Assembly: GCA_051294375.1 (NCBI GenBank)
Contig: CM119268.1
Location: 740,324 to 793,969 of the forward strand
Reading direction: 5' to 3'
From: Paraspadella gotoi
Lineage: Eukaryota; Animalia; Chaetognatha
Length of the DNA: 53,646 bases
The stretch's first letter is position 1; the number at the start of each line of letters is the position of its first letter. The notes below the pieces were generated by a model. It was not told where the DNA came from. It searched no databases and worked only from the letters and a program-made list of their open reading frames with translations. This document shows positions 12,701 through 25,427 of the stretch, piece by piece. Both the position numbers and the translations under genes were made by a program.

Positions 12701-13151
12701 CATATTACATATTACATGAAAATTTGCAAATTACTTGTTTCACTATTTTTATTTTTCATTTTAATATTTTAATAATTTTATGAAGGTTTTAGTATTTAAT
12801 CTATTTTATTTATTCAAACATATATTGCTTTCTTTTTTAAAAATATTTTATTTATCTAATAATTCAATTTGGGAAGGGGAAGTCAGTGTTGTCTTCTGGA
12901 AATAGAGGGAGGCATCTATACAACACAAGGTTAGATTACTATCTGTCCTTACTATCTGTACTATTACATATTACATTCTTCACTTACAAGCAATCGCTCA
13001 CCGAGAGAGTGATTGATTCCCATCAAGAGAAACAAGCACAGAAATCCTCCCACGACGATAGGATCGACCAAGCAGAGTCTTTGACGAAATCAGAGCTTGG
13101 GAAAAGACGCAACAAGAGACGACGAGACATGGATGACATGCGCTGTGGCAT
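747..13151 (-). CDS. MFS transporter, SLC16/monocarboxylate-transporter-like; multi-exon, 3' end not resolved
   Basis: Phase-compatible GT-AG exons: first exon 12145-11980 (..KDSIWSVPIVVGGFVSMFLLLGITHSLG) or its paralog 13151-13002; 11129-10958 (SFFEIWLRDFSASRSSLVWVQSLAYG..); 9947-9835; 3286-3181 (RYRALAYGISNCGAPLGMMVLPLLTDLVITR); 2570-1850 (SGWKSSLMLLG, long loop, LFLVFILYGFSQSVGMFG); about 893-747 next to an N gap. Motif order matches SLC16 TM1-TM10 from memory. Confidence 0.8.
1681..1856 (-). mobile_element. SINE family 2, 5'-truncated diverged copy
   Basis: Reverse complement matches 3738-3895 (AAAGGTCTGGGGTTC..GCCTGTAACATGG..ATATTGAAACGG..ACTGTCTCTTC). Confidence 0.75.
2205..2476 (-). 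repeat. Coding 15-bp tandem repeat (SADGK/SADEK-type pentapeptide) in the transporter's central loop
   Basis: (CCATCAGCTGATTTC)n on + strand; translates as ESADGKSADGKSADEKSADRKSADGK in the 2570-1850 exon. Confidence 0.85.
2710..2908 (+). mobile_element. SINE family 2 copy (indel-rich, possibly a redundant read of the 3696 copy)
   Basis: Matches 3696-3897 including about 30 bp of upstream flank (CTAAAATCCACCAACCGTTC). Confidence 0.65.
2984..3611. repeat. Tandem duplication of about 315 bp containing a transporter exon (second copy frameshifted)
   Basis: 2984-3298 is nearly identical to 3299-3611, differing mainly by single-base indels. Confidence 0.85.
3696..3897 (+). mobile_element. SINE family 2 (tRNA-like head with CCC anticodon loop, twister-like domain, 3' tail)
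   Basis: GCGGCCATTGGTGCCAGAGGC (A box) ..CGCCTCCCAACC.. GGTTCTTGCCCGGTGGTCGC with acceptor-like pairing GCGGCCA/TGGTCGC; followed by structured 3770-3844 and a tail shared with other copies. Confidence 0.75.
3770..3844 (+). ncRNA. Twister-ribozyme-like motif (permuted, P5-type topology) inside SINE family 2
   Basis: AGCAGUAA-GAGG-GA-CGG-AGCGCU-UAA-CCC-GC-CUGUAACA(UGG)UGUUACAG-CC-UGA(UCCGAAGC)UCA-UUGACUGCU: UAA cleavage motif, 8-bp P3, P4 loop UCCGAAGC, pseudoknot CCG/CGG. Confidence 0.55.
5820..6530. repeat. AAAAGTATGCA-based satellite that inverts via palindromic AAGTATGCATACTT units
   Basis: Direct AAAAGTATGCAA units to about 6180, then palindromic units, then reverse-complement units. 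Confidence 0.9.
6533..6830 (+). repeat. About 22-bp minisatellite (ATCATCGCATCAATGAATGACT)n, part of a dispersed element
   Basis: Tandem units ending in GATCCT(T)ATGCTTTTAAGATT; same array and terminus at 44420-44645 and 51505-51985. Confidence 0.85.
7716..9590 (+). repeat. About 1.9-kb near-identical duplicate of 3613-5480 (probable assembly artefact), includes SINE family 2 at 7802-8000
   Basis: Starts exactly after a 25-N gap; differs from the first copy almost only by 1-bp indels. Confidence 0.85.
7875..7948 (+). ncRNA. Twister-ribozyme-like motif (duplicate copy with perfect closing helix)
   Basis: Same as 3770-3844; closing helix AGCAGUAA/UUACUGCU is fully paired; predicted scissile U-A at 7898/7899. 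Confidence 0.55.
9988..10032 (+). pseudogene. Retroposed 3' fragment of tRNA-Leu ending in CCA, with 18-bp target-site duplication
   Basis: CCAGTCTCTTTGGAAGCGTGTGCTCGAATCCCACCGCTGCCA-CCA resembles the variable arm, T arm and acceptor of eukaryotic tRNA-Leu; flanked by perfect CATTTAAGGAAAAACTCA at 9970-9987 and 10033-10050. Confidence 0.85.
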
Positions 13152-14118
13152 GGAAGAGGGGAGCGTGTGGCTGATGGATGAACGTAAACATTTTGATTTG
13201 CTCGCTCTTAAAACGGGAGTCGTGAATTGAGCTTCGGTAACGTGTAAAAATCTGGACAATTATTTTAATTTTAAAACTTTAAAGATACATATGGTTTCTA
13301 GACTTTGTTTATATATTTTATTTTTAATTCATCGAAATCAAAGAATATAAAATTTAAAAAAAAGACAACACAGAATATACAACTTACAACCCAGAGTTTT
13401 TTTTTTGTTTTTTTTTTTACAAAAAAACAGAATTCTCAAAGTTTACGATTTAATTTATCTTCGTTAACCAAAATTAAAACATAAAAAAAAGTTCATAATG
13501 ATTCATAGTATTTTCTGCTTGCGTTCGCCGTCAGATGAACTGTTTCTGATAAGAGACAAGCATATCTCTCAATGTGAATGGTTTGAAAATAAAAACTGCA
13601 GAAAAAAATCTCGAAAAATCTTTCGAGTGATGAAAGTGTTCACGCCAGAAATAAATCCTTAAATCACGACTGAGTCGATCTCAACGCATTTTATACATTT
13701 TAAGTATTTATTTCGTTGATCCAGCTCGGGAAAATTTTTAAAAAATAAAATAGACAAGTAATCAAGTAATGAAAGAAAGAAAGAAAAAAAAGAAATTGGG
13801 AACAACAGTTGTAAATCGAAAGGGGGGGCTTTTCTCACGAAGGGGAACTTGTCTCACAACTCCAACAAGATGAGAGATAAATAAAAATAAATTATTTATT
13901 AAGATAAAAAGAACAAACGGCGATCCCCCGGAATTTAATTGAAGACGTTTCTTAGTTACTAATTCTATTTCCCCCTGTTATTTTTTCATTGACTTATGCT
14001 AAAATTGAGAAGTTACCTAAGAATATTACTTTATTCTTTTGTTCATGAAATACAGATTGGATAAAACTTCAGTGCGCTCTGGCGGAAAATTCATAAAGTT
14101 TTTTTTTTTGTTTGACCG

Positions 14119-14132
14119 GTTGCCCTGGCGAC
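14119..14132. promoter_or_regulatory. RFX X-box upstream of DNAI3
   Basis: GTTGCCCTGGCGAC fits the X-box imperfect palindrome (GTTNCC-NN-GGNRAC), about 180 bp before the ATG of a motile-cilium gene. Confidence 0.7.
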
Positions 14133-14313
14133 GATGTAACATGGTACAGATCTTTGACAAGAAAAAAAATGATGCACTGTTGATCGCGTAAAGATGACAA
14201 ATTTGTTTTGTTTGTTTATAGTCAATCAATTTTGTTCTAAAAATATATTATTTTAGAAAATATTCTATATACTTGCGATTTTTTTTCTTTGAACAGAAAA
14301 AACAAATCACAAA

Positions 14314-15286
14314 ATGGCGCCAAAAGTTAAAAGTAAGTTGAATCCAAGCTTTGTCTTTCACTTGTTTCATTCACGGAAATTCTAACCGAAAAAAAAACTA
14401 AAAAAAAAACGTCAAAATCTAAAACCCAAAACACAAAACATTAATTTAATTCCTAAAACAAACAAATATAAAACGATGCATGCGCCTCCAGTAACAACTA
14501 ATTAATACTTTTTTTTTGCTAATAATTTTAACCTTTCTGTTTTCGTCTCTTGTTCTAACGAATTTTAAAAAATTCAACCAATCAGCGTGAGTGGAAGCGA
14601 ATTTAACGATATTAAATTCTACTTTAGGATAATTCTGATAACTTGGTCAGATCCTCTTTCGNNNNNNNNNNNNNNNNNNNNNNNNNCTTTCATGCCTTTC
14701 ATGCTGATAACTTCAATCAGCATGCCTTTGGAGCTGGGTCAATGGGTCACGGGTCAATGGGTCAATGAGTCAATGGTCTCCCTTTTTTCTCCATTTTCTC
14801 TATTTTTTTTCCTTCATTTTCTCCCTTTTTCCTTCTTTTTTCTCCTGTTTTTCTCCATTTTCTCCCTTTTCCTTCATTTTCTCTCTTTTTTTTTCCATTT
14901 CTTCTATTTTCCTTCATTTTACCTTTTTTCCTCCATTTTCTCCTATTTTTCTATATTTTCTTTCTTTTTCCTCCATTTCTCCTCTTTTCCTCCATTTTTT
15001 CCCTTTTTCCTCCATTTTTCTATTTCTCTTATTTTCCTTCATTTTTCTCCCTTTTTCCTCCTTTTTTCCTCAGTTTTCTTCTATTTTCATATATTTTCTC
15101 CCTTTTTCCCACATTTTCTCCTATTTTCTGACTTTTTAGTCGGATCTGCTTTTCAGCAGATCCCGACTCTATAATTCACTTTGTCAGTCCGTCGGTCCGC
15201 CCCCTCAATCTTGTCGGGCATTCACTTATATCATGTCAGAACATCGAATTATAATAAATTATGCCAAAAAATGATGTCCGACCGTG

Positions 15287-15318
<32 letters not shown>

Positions 15319-18300
15319 CGTCCCAACCTTTAGCATTAAACTCCAATTACTCATGATTAGATGGATGGATTGGATTAAAATTTTGTGTGTGGGTAGGGAA
15401 GTGCTAGTGGAAATGAGTTAAATGAAAAAACATAAGTCACATTTACTTGATATTTTTTTTATAATTTTAACCCATATTTACTCTAATTAATCATAATTGG
15501 ATTGATTGATTGAGATTAAATTTTGTGTGTGGGTAGGAAAGTGTGTGATTGGGCATTGATATAAAGTTTCGATGGAATCGAGGAGTTGAAATGAGTTTGC
15601 ATGGAAAAAACTAAAGTCAAGTTGACTTGAATTTTTATTATTTATGCTATTTGAATTTGAGTTTTTAAATAATTAATTGATTAATTAATTAATTAATTAA
15701 TTCAGTGAAAAATTCTGCAATTTGAAAGAATGATGTAAGTAAAAAAATTATGCATATTGAAAAAATGATTCAATTTGAAAGAATGATGCAAGTTGAAAGA
15801 ATGATGCAAGTTGAAAGAATGATGCAAGTTGATTGCTCAAACTTGTTCCTACATTTTTCTCCTATTTCTCCATTTTTCTGCTATTTTTGTTATCATTTCC
15901 CTCATTTTGTCTAATTTATCATTATTTTTCTCCATTTTACCTTTTTTTCTCCAATTTTCCGTCAATTTCCTCCATTTTCCTTTCATCTCTCTTCTTTTTT
16001 TTTTTTTTTCCCCTTTCATCTCTCTCCATTTTCTTTCATCTCTTCTTCCATTTTTTCCTTTCATCTTCTCTCCATTTCCATTTCTTTCATCTCTCTCCAT
16101 TTTTATTCCATTTTCCTTTCATCTCTCTCCATTTTCCTTTCATCTCTCTCCATTTTCTCCTTTAACTCTCTCCATTCCTTCATTTTCCTTTCTTCTCTCT
16201 CCCATTTCCTTTCATCTCTCTCCATTTTCCTCCATTTTCCTTTCATCTCTCTCATATTTCTCCCATTTCCCCCCCCCAACTTTTCAGCCGCGATGTCGGG
16301 TCTCGTCCCGATTTTTCTTTCGTCACAAACTCAGTCGATTGTTGATTGCGTCGCCGACAAAGACGTCACCGCGGGTAAGTTAACTTTTGAATTATCAATT
16401 GAATTAATTGATATAATTAATTTATAAACTATTCATTTACTTGATAAATTAATTCTAGAATTATGTATAAAATTAATTAATATTAAAGATTATTCATTCT
16501 CTAGATAAGTATTTTTTAATTTGTATTGTATAAAACTATCATGATTAATATAAAAACTATTCATTCACTTGTTTAGTCATTTTTTTAAATTATGTATAAA
16601 AATTAATTGATACTATTAATTGAAATATTATTCATTCATTTGATCACTAAGCTATCTTGCCCTTGACTTTGGCAGGCTATCATGGGTATGAGAGGAATAC
16701 AGAAATATAGAAAATTTAATATCATATCTGGCGATTTTTTGTAGATAAGTAGAATAATTTCATACTTATTTACTTTTAAGCTTCGCCTCTGAAATTAATC
16801 AAGAAGGAAACGATTTTAATGGACATTAAAACGAGAGCGGGTGTTTCAGACTTCAAGCCTTTTAATGATGTCATCCAGGTAAATTTTTTTTTCTTCTTTC
16901 CATTTTATTTTCTCTTTACTTTTTTCTTTCAGTAGAAAAAGGAAAATAAAATAATAACAAACAATGATGAAAATATATATATTAAATATTTTTTTCACTC
17001 GTTTGTTTGATTCTTTTATTAGTTATTGTTATTCCTACAAATTCCTATTTTTTTTTTCTTTCGTGTTTTCGTGTCATTTTTTCTCTTATCTTTTTTTAGT
17101 CAGATTAAGATTTTTTTTCATTAAAAATCGATTTTTTTACCTCATGAATTGAATTTTGCGTGTTTTGCTTTTTTGAAGGTTTTTTTAATGTCTGCAAAAA
17201 GATTAAATATTTGGCCAATAATTATAAATAAAGAAACGAATAAATACAATAAAAGAACTAATTTAAAAAATTGATGCCGTCTTAACTAAATCCAGAAAAG
17301 AGCGGTAGTATATATTTGCAATGCTATGAATATTAATTTTTGTCATGCATACATGCAAGAAAATTCAATTAAATAGATAGATTATTAAGAAAATTAAATT
17401 GCTAGACATGACGAAGCACGGCATGACGATTGACGAGGCATGCCAAAACTATTGTCCTCGTTTTCCCCTCCTTTTCTCTCATTTCCTGTTAATGAGCGAT
17501 CACCGCTTTCAGAACTACAGTGGGGACGACATTCTTCTCGTTTTCGACTCGGATTTCGAATCAGGACAGAATTTTCTCCTGGCGACAACGGAAGAAGCAA
17601 AGACTGCACAGTTGAAGGTTCGTTCGTGAACTCTGAAGACGGTACTGGTAATTAACAGTTATGGGTGCAGTAACGTATAAACTAATTGCCCTCGTTGTGG
17701 ACATTTTTAAGTACAGAGATATATCCAGCTCTAATGGGACTAACTTCAAGTGCTTTCAGCACAAAATTGGTTTATGATAAAAGAAATATTTGAAATTAAA
17801 GACAAAGTCTTTATACATCAACGATTTTATTTTTATTATTCAGACAAGTTTCGGCTTTCATTCAAGCCTTCATCAGTGCTTTGACAATTCACAGTTTCTT
17901 ATTTTCCAAATTGACTTTGGCCAACAAAGATATGAAACAGGACAGTGGTGAAATGTGAGGACCGGTTTAAGTTGGTAGAGAGAGAGAGAGAGAATGTGAG
18001 GGAAAAGAAAGTAAATTTTGTGAGTGAGAGAGAGAGAAAGAGACAGACTTCAATAAACTAAAAGATTTAAATTAATTCAGATTAAAACAAAGTGAATAAA
18101 GAAGTGAAATTTAGATGAAATGGAAATAAAGATGTTGAGGGATAGGTAAGTGAAAGAGTAAGTGAAAAATAAGAAAAAGAAAAAGGTCAACAATGGGGGA
18201 TGCTGACGTTATGGTCGGGTCATTGCTTTGTCATAGGCTGAGAGGCTAATGTGGTGGTGTGATTCTTTATCACCGCTCAACTTAATATTAATTTATCATT

Positions 18301-18467
18301 ATTGTTGAATTAAATTTACTATATATATATTAATAAAAAAAATTGTTTTATCTAAATATTAAAGTTAGAATTAAATTCAGGGATGAAGGAACAGAAATGA
18401 AGCGTTTTGGGAAAAGAGAGCCCGACCTTTACCTGTGACTTCAGTCAGAGACTGGATCTTGTATTAT

Positions 18468-18510
<43 letters not shown>

Positions 18511-21500
18511 AGAAACACTCTTCCACCGTCGAGAGCGACATGAGCCTTCGCCGACAAAGCCTGGCCGACAAGCCGATCCCCGAGGAGGACGAGTTGGCCA
18601 GTCACTTGACCTACAAGCCGCCAGTACCGAAACCGTGGGAGACCCTCGGCTCAGAGAAGGAGATTCATCCTCGGCCGAGAGATCCGCCGGGGAAGGCCAA
18701 GGTGAGATTGATTGATTAGATTGTTTGATTGATTGGATTTAATTTTTGATTGATTAAATTATTAGTGATTGGATTGATTGATTGATGGATTAATGTACTG
18801 ATATTCATTTTTTTATGAGTTTAGAGATTGAATATTAATCTTTTTTATTTGATTGATTGATAGGATTATTATCAGTAAATGCACTGATTGAAAAAATGAT
18901 AAGTGGTATTAATAATTAAAGTATTATTCTAATGGATTTTATTATTATATATTGATATACCTAGGATATTGATTAAATAATTGTGCAGTTTTTATTGAAT
19001 TTATTATCATTATTATTATTATCAATTACTTAATTAGTTATTTAATGGTTACACCACATCTACATTTCTCAGCTCCGCATATCCGTGACCCGCAAGCGAC
19101 GCCAGTTCGAACTTCCAATTAACTTCGGCGATCGATCGGCGGGCGACGCCAAAGACGCATACACGGAATGTCTCCCTTACGAGGATCGATCTTTCGAACT
19201 CAGAAGAAGCGAAGTGGACAGAGCCACTCAGGTGGGTACAACCAGTTTTTGTCCAGTAGTTTGGTCCGAGTCAATGGGTTGAGTAGTTTGGTCGAGTAGT
19301 AGATTTAGTGGTTAGGTTAGCATACTGGTTTTGTTTGGTCGAGTTGGTTGTTTGAATATTTAAGTAGGGCGGTTTCGTCAGTCATTTGAGTAGAGGAGCT
19401 TGTTTGAGTGGCTGGATCGAGTTGTTTCTGTTGAGTGTTTTACACAAGTGGAGTCGGGTGAGTAGTTTTGTCGGCAGTTTGATTAATTGATTTATTTATT
19501 TATTTAAGTAGCTTGGTTGAGTGACTTGGTTTAGTTGTCAGGTCAAGTACCTAATATCAGGATTTAACTTGACCTCGGCTGATTTCAGTGTTTCGCCCAG
19601 TTTTTGCAGGCTTTTATCAAAGTCAGAGAGAAATTTGTAATTGTTTTTTAGTTTCCCTTGTAGACTAATAAACTCTGTTTTTACGAGTTTCCAATGAACT
19701 TTATTACAAATAAATAAACTAATAAAACTTTACTATGCATTTTTCTTAATCGTTGGATCTCGTGTTAAAACATTTGGCACGGGCAACATTAGGAATGCGC
19801 GTCTCCGCTGGCATGAAGAAAAAACATTCTTCACAAGTTTAGTCAATTGTTTTGCTAAGTTTTTTGGCACAATAGCTAGATCAAGTAGCTTGCTTGAGTA
19901 GTTTCATTGAGTGGTTGAGTTGAGTGATTTATTTGATTGATTGAGTTGATTGACTTTGCAAAACAGTTAAGTTTATTGGTTGGGCCGAGTAGTTTAGTCA
20001 GTGGTTTGGTTAAGTGGCTTGGTAAAGTTGTCTAATCTAGTGGTTGCATGGTTTAGTCAACAGTTTTGGAGATTGTAGTTTGGTCGAGTAGCTTGAGAAG
20101 TTGAGTTAGTAGTTTGATCAAGTGGTTTGGCCGAGTAGTAGATTCTGTTTTAAAGTTTTTATTTTGAGGCAGTTTTTTATCGGCATTTTCTGTTAATTTG
20201 TATTGGTCTTTCACTGTAATTTGTTCAATTTATAACTTACTTATTAAGGGCAATAGAACGAGTCTATTGGTTACAATAGAAAAAGCATTAAAACGAAATA
20301 TACAGGGACTTCAATTTGGAGTGATACGAAAAAACTTGTAATATAATCGAAATGAATTACAATCAGGTTATTAATTTTTTTATACTAATAGAAAACTATT
20401 AAACTGTAATTGTGAGCTTTCTAACTAATAAATGTCATAAAAAAATATACAGAGTTTTTTGGTATCGTTCCAGTTTGAAGTCCCTGTATTAACCAAACTA
20501 ATAAAACCAGCTATCAACCAATGGCCTTTCAGGCGGTGTCCAACGTGGCGGAATCAAGCGCTCAGACCGAATATCGTCATCCTCGTCATGCCTGCACGCA
20601 GTATTTCCCTCGCGAGCTGGAGGAGAAAGATAGAGAGAGAGAGGCCGAGTCGACTGAGCTGGCTAAAGCGATCAAGAACTTAGTACCTAGGTGAGAATGA
20701 GAGAGAGAAAAGAGAGGCAGAAAGGCTTTTCCTCTCAAACCTTCAACTCCATCCAGATTCGAAGCTGCTCTTCAGCAAAACGAAATCCTTGATGTCTTCC
20801 ACGAGGATTGGCTTCGACTCGCCGACGACGACGGGACATTCGGCTCAAAGTCGAACAACAACTTGAAGGAATATCAATCCTTCACTGACCTCGTCTTTTC
20901 AAAGGATAAGGTCATCACTTGCATAGACTGGCATCCCACCATTAAGGGTAAGTTCGTAGCGGACATTACCCAGGTTCTCCCTGCTAATCGATCTTCGCTT
21001 GCCAACCCGTGGCTCGTTAAGTAAAGCCATCAGCTCATAATGAAACAGTCCAGAGTTTCAAGTAAAGTTTAAGCCTAGGACCCTTTCCATGGCTGGAGAC
21101 TGGAGAGTTCAACTCGTTAATACAATTAAATTATCAAATTAAATAGTAATAGTAAGTCAAATTACCATGATTGGACTAACCGCATACGAATTTAAAAAAA
21201 AAAATTACCCATTTTTTTATGATCAATTTAATTTCAATATTTTTGATAATTTTCGTCTCAATGGTTATAGCCGTTACAAAGATCAAACATTATTTTGTAA
21301 TATGACTATGAAAGATTCTTTTGGACAACCCAAACAGTCAGGGCGCATTTCTTTCCATCCTCCTTGCAGACCCGTCTTTCTTTCACGATGGCTCCTTTCT
21401 GCTTGCACACCCGTTCAATGTACTCATCCATCTTCAAATATTCCGGAGCCGGCTCTAACCACCTGCAATGGAGTTAAATCAATCAATCAAACAATCTTTT

Positions 21501-24500
21501 GAATCCTAATTATGTATGCACTTAAAACTAACTCATCTGAAAGAGAACAGACTGCATGTCCTCCCGGTTTGACAACATCCAGGAAAGAATCCCATCCATC
21601 GATAGGAACGTGACCAGGGGCAAACGCTCCCGCCATCATGACCAAGTCGTAATGATCCTTCAAAAAAAAATCCCTTTTATGCTTAATTATGTAATGGGTA
21701 TAATCAATATCAAAATTATCCATTCTTTCAATAAAAACATCTAATGTGAGCTACTTAGGGCTTCCATCTCTTTTTACAAAAAAATTGTTGGACCCTGTGT
21801 GATTGTGGAAAAGGAGCTACGTGGGTTGAAGAGCAATGGAACGGGTCCTGTTCTTGGAACCAGGCTTAAGGGTTTTCCACACCCCCAAGACAGGTTACAG
21901 CCGTCCTCCCAAGGTATGCACTATTTGGGATCAATCAAGGTACCTAATGGTCATAAGTCAATGGGCCGGGATGTGAGGCATCTCCCGACAGTTGGCGATC
22001 AGGGCTTTGGACCTGCAGTGACTACCCCATATCACTGGAGTGTTTAAACTGTTTATGCCGACACCATCACAATTAACCAGCATGACCGAGAGGGGATTGA
22101 ACCTCGCACTCGCGGTTCGTAAGCGAGTACTAAGCTGTCCAAGCTAATGAGACGAGCTGTGATAAATCGGGGAATTAAATATTGTATTCCACACTAGCTA
22201 ATCATAGAGATAATACAAAATTAACAATGTCCAATTCCATACTTTCTCAACGGGCAACTTTGCTCCGCCTCCGATAAAACTGACAAAAGTTTTATCATAG
22301 ATTTTTTTCTCTTGGGCGATTTTGAGCATTTCTTCTGAAGCATCAAGGGCGTCAACAGAAATAGAAGGATTTAGTCCTGCTTCGAGGAGACTCTCAGTGA
22401 GAAACCCAGTTCCTAGAGAAAAATTGGGGTCATAAATAAAAAGAGGATATGAAACCTACAAAAAATTCAAATGAGTTACCAGTGGGTTGGGTAATAATGA
22501 TATAAAATGCGTGACAGTTTCTATGATTATGTTACCTTGTTAAAATGGGTTAGAATAATAAATGAAATATTAACCAATAAATTTGTTTTTACATTTATTT
22601 TCTGCTTCAATGAAACAATCAATTAAAAAAAAATGATGCTTAATGATTACCTGCGGCCATATCAATTATTTTTCCCTCATTACGCTTTAACTATTTCCAT
22701 TATAAGAGTTCTACAGATTTCGGAGTGTGACCTTATTATATCATGCAAATCTTTTTCATAATCTTGAGCCCAAGAACTGGTCAGCGCGCGAGCGTTTCTT
22801 CTTTTGATTTTCAAGAGTCGACACTCGTTTATAATTAGTCGACTTGTGCATTGTTTTACGCTGCTATCACTTTACAATGACGATTACCAGTTACTTAAAA
22901 GAAAGTCTTTATTACTATTACACTATTTTTTTGACGAATAACAACTAGAACAAAAAGTGGTGAAAAATTTATTGGGAGTCTTTCTGCACGACCCAGACTA
23001 TAAGATCGTTTGTCGTGCAAGAGAATTTTTCAAACCACTGGGTGGTAACTCGTCCTCCTCTCTTAATTGGCTCCTTTTCTTTGACACACTTTCTGGGCAA
23101 TGAATTTTTGCCGAATCTGGAAATATTCGAGCGTCGTTTCGCAACAACCTGTGAATGAGTCACATTCTCATGAAAAAAGAAACAGAACTTAACAGAAAGG
23201 AAAGCAAATAGAAAACAACAAATTAAAAAACACTAAATAGATCTAAACAAAATGAAAAATAACACTAAAAGTGCAACAAACAAAATTTTTAAAAAGCCTC
23301 TAACAACTAAAAAACCAAAGAAAAAAAATACAAAGAAACAAAACTAAAAAAAACTAAATAAAATACAAACCAAAAACAAAAAACAAAAGCAAAAAAATAA
23401 ACCAAAAAATAACCAAAACAAAATTTTTCCCCACTCGAATTTAAGATCAAAAAGAAATTCACTTTTTGGTGATGGAGCAGACTGCATGTCCTCCGCTGGT
23501 TTGACCGCGTCCAGAACAAAGTCCCAACGTCGAGAGGCACGTGACCCGGGACAAAAGCACCCAGACATCAGTCGCTCAAATCGTAGGACTCCTACACATT
23601 TAAATTTTAATCATGAATTCAGAAGCACGCGATCCAATAGTTGGCTCTGTTTAAAAAAAAAACTATGTTCTTTTCCCGCGGAATTTAAATTTATTTATTC
23701 TTTTGTTAGCTGCAAAGTGTAGAGCCGGAGTGATTAAAACCTAAACCTTATGACGATCAAGTGTTCTATTGCATGATGGCATTAACTTGTTGCTTTGGGC
23801 TATGGAACGCTGCATGATGCTCCATGTCATTGGCCGCGTTAAACCTAGGACGGTTCTCCAAATAATATGCATAGGAAGGAACTGTTAGAGAACTCGATGA
23901 AAATAAAACTAGATTTCCTAAAGATATCGTTGTAATAAGCCCGAAGCTAATATTACTAAATTGTTTAATTTTGATTTCATTAAGGATTCTATAGATTTAT
24001 TGGGTTATTATACAATTTTTAAATTGTTTTGAAAAATTAAACTATAGATTCAGCATGGATGATGAGTTACGTTTTGTTTTTACCTTCGCAATATTGTGTG
24101 TACTAACTATTAACTTCAGCGCGATAAACCTTAACTTTATTTTTAAGCTCAATATTAACGCTAATATTAAACCTCAAAACCATTCGAAGATAACAAAGTT
24201 TTATTTGATACAGAACAAAGCGATTTTTTTTTAGTAGAATTATAATTGTAACAATGTACAATGTAATGTACATACTATACACTACTTTTTAACCGAATCT
24301 ACATCAGCGCTAAAGTAAGTCCGCAAATTTTATTAAACAAATTTTATTTATAACAAATAAATCATTTCAAATACTACGATAACTGCTTACTTTCTCAAAC
24401 GGCAATTCGCTCGCGCCGCCGATGAAAGAGACAAAAGTTCTCTCGTAAATTTTTTTTCTTTGGCGATTCTCAACATTTCTTTGGATGCGTCTACGGCGTG

Positions 24501-25356
24501 AATTAGGACGGGAGGAGGCAGACCGGCGAGTCGGAGACACCGGCGCGAGAGATCCAGTTCCTTAGGGAGGGCCAATCTTTGTCAATGGGGTGGGTCAGAA
24601 GTTGTGATTTGGGAACCTTCCACAAATGAAACTTCATACATTTCTGAGAAAACTTTCAATGAACCAAATTTTTTCTAAAATGGCTAGAAGCACTAGTAAT
24701 ATAATTTTTTTAGTATTTATTTATAGATAGGAAATGTCAATTTTTTTTAAAATTTATATTTTTAACAGCAGATTCAGATAGCTTATAAAAAGTTGACTAC
24801 ACAAAGTATAATTCTTTTTTCAATATTTTGATGATAAGTGGGTTAAATCATCATCTGATAATTTTAGCAGTTTTTACTATTTTCATAATTTTACTAATTT
24901 AAAAAACTTGTAATTACATTTTTTGCTTAACTTTTTTAGCTTGACAGAATATATTAAAAAACTTAAAATATCAAAACAATATATAGCATATAATAATTTT
25001 AATTAGCGAATTACTCATGGTTCGGAACATTTTTGCTCACTAACTTATAGTTAGGCTTAGGACTACTGAGTCTCTCTATTTTCCTGGTCATCCCGTCTGA
25101 CCACTAACTGTATCTCATTGAAACTGCCCGTTTTAAGGTCTATTTTTAGTCTGGTTCCTGTGATGTTATCGTTCAAACTAATGTTAGAATCATTGAAACG
25201 TCTGCCTGTATGAAAACAAGTTTCTACGAGTTTTTTTTTTATGGAATAATAAATATTCATTAACATTAACTTTGTCCTACATTTCATACGGGCGACGTCT
25301 GAAATTCGCGAACCAAAGAATTGAAAATCATAAACAATTTTCTGGGGGAGAGAGAG

Positions 25357-25427
<71 letters not shown>

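Noticed and set aside
14587-16383. Phe/Ser-rich membrane-protein ORFs
   Set aside because: Intronic pyrimidine tracts of DNAI3 intron 1.
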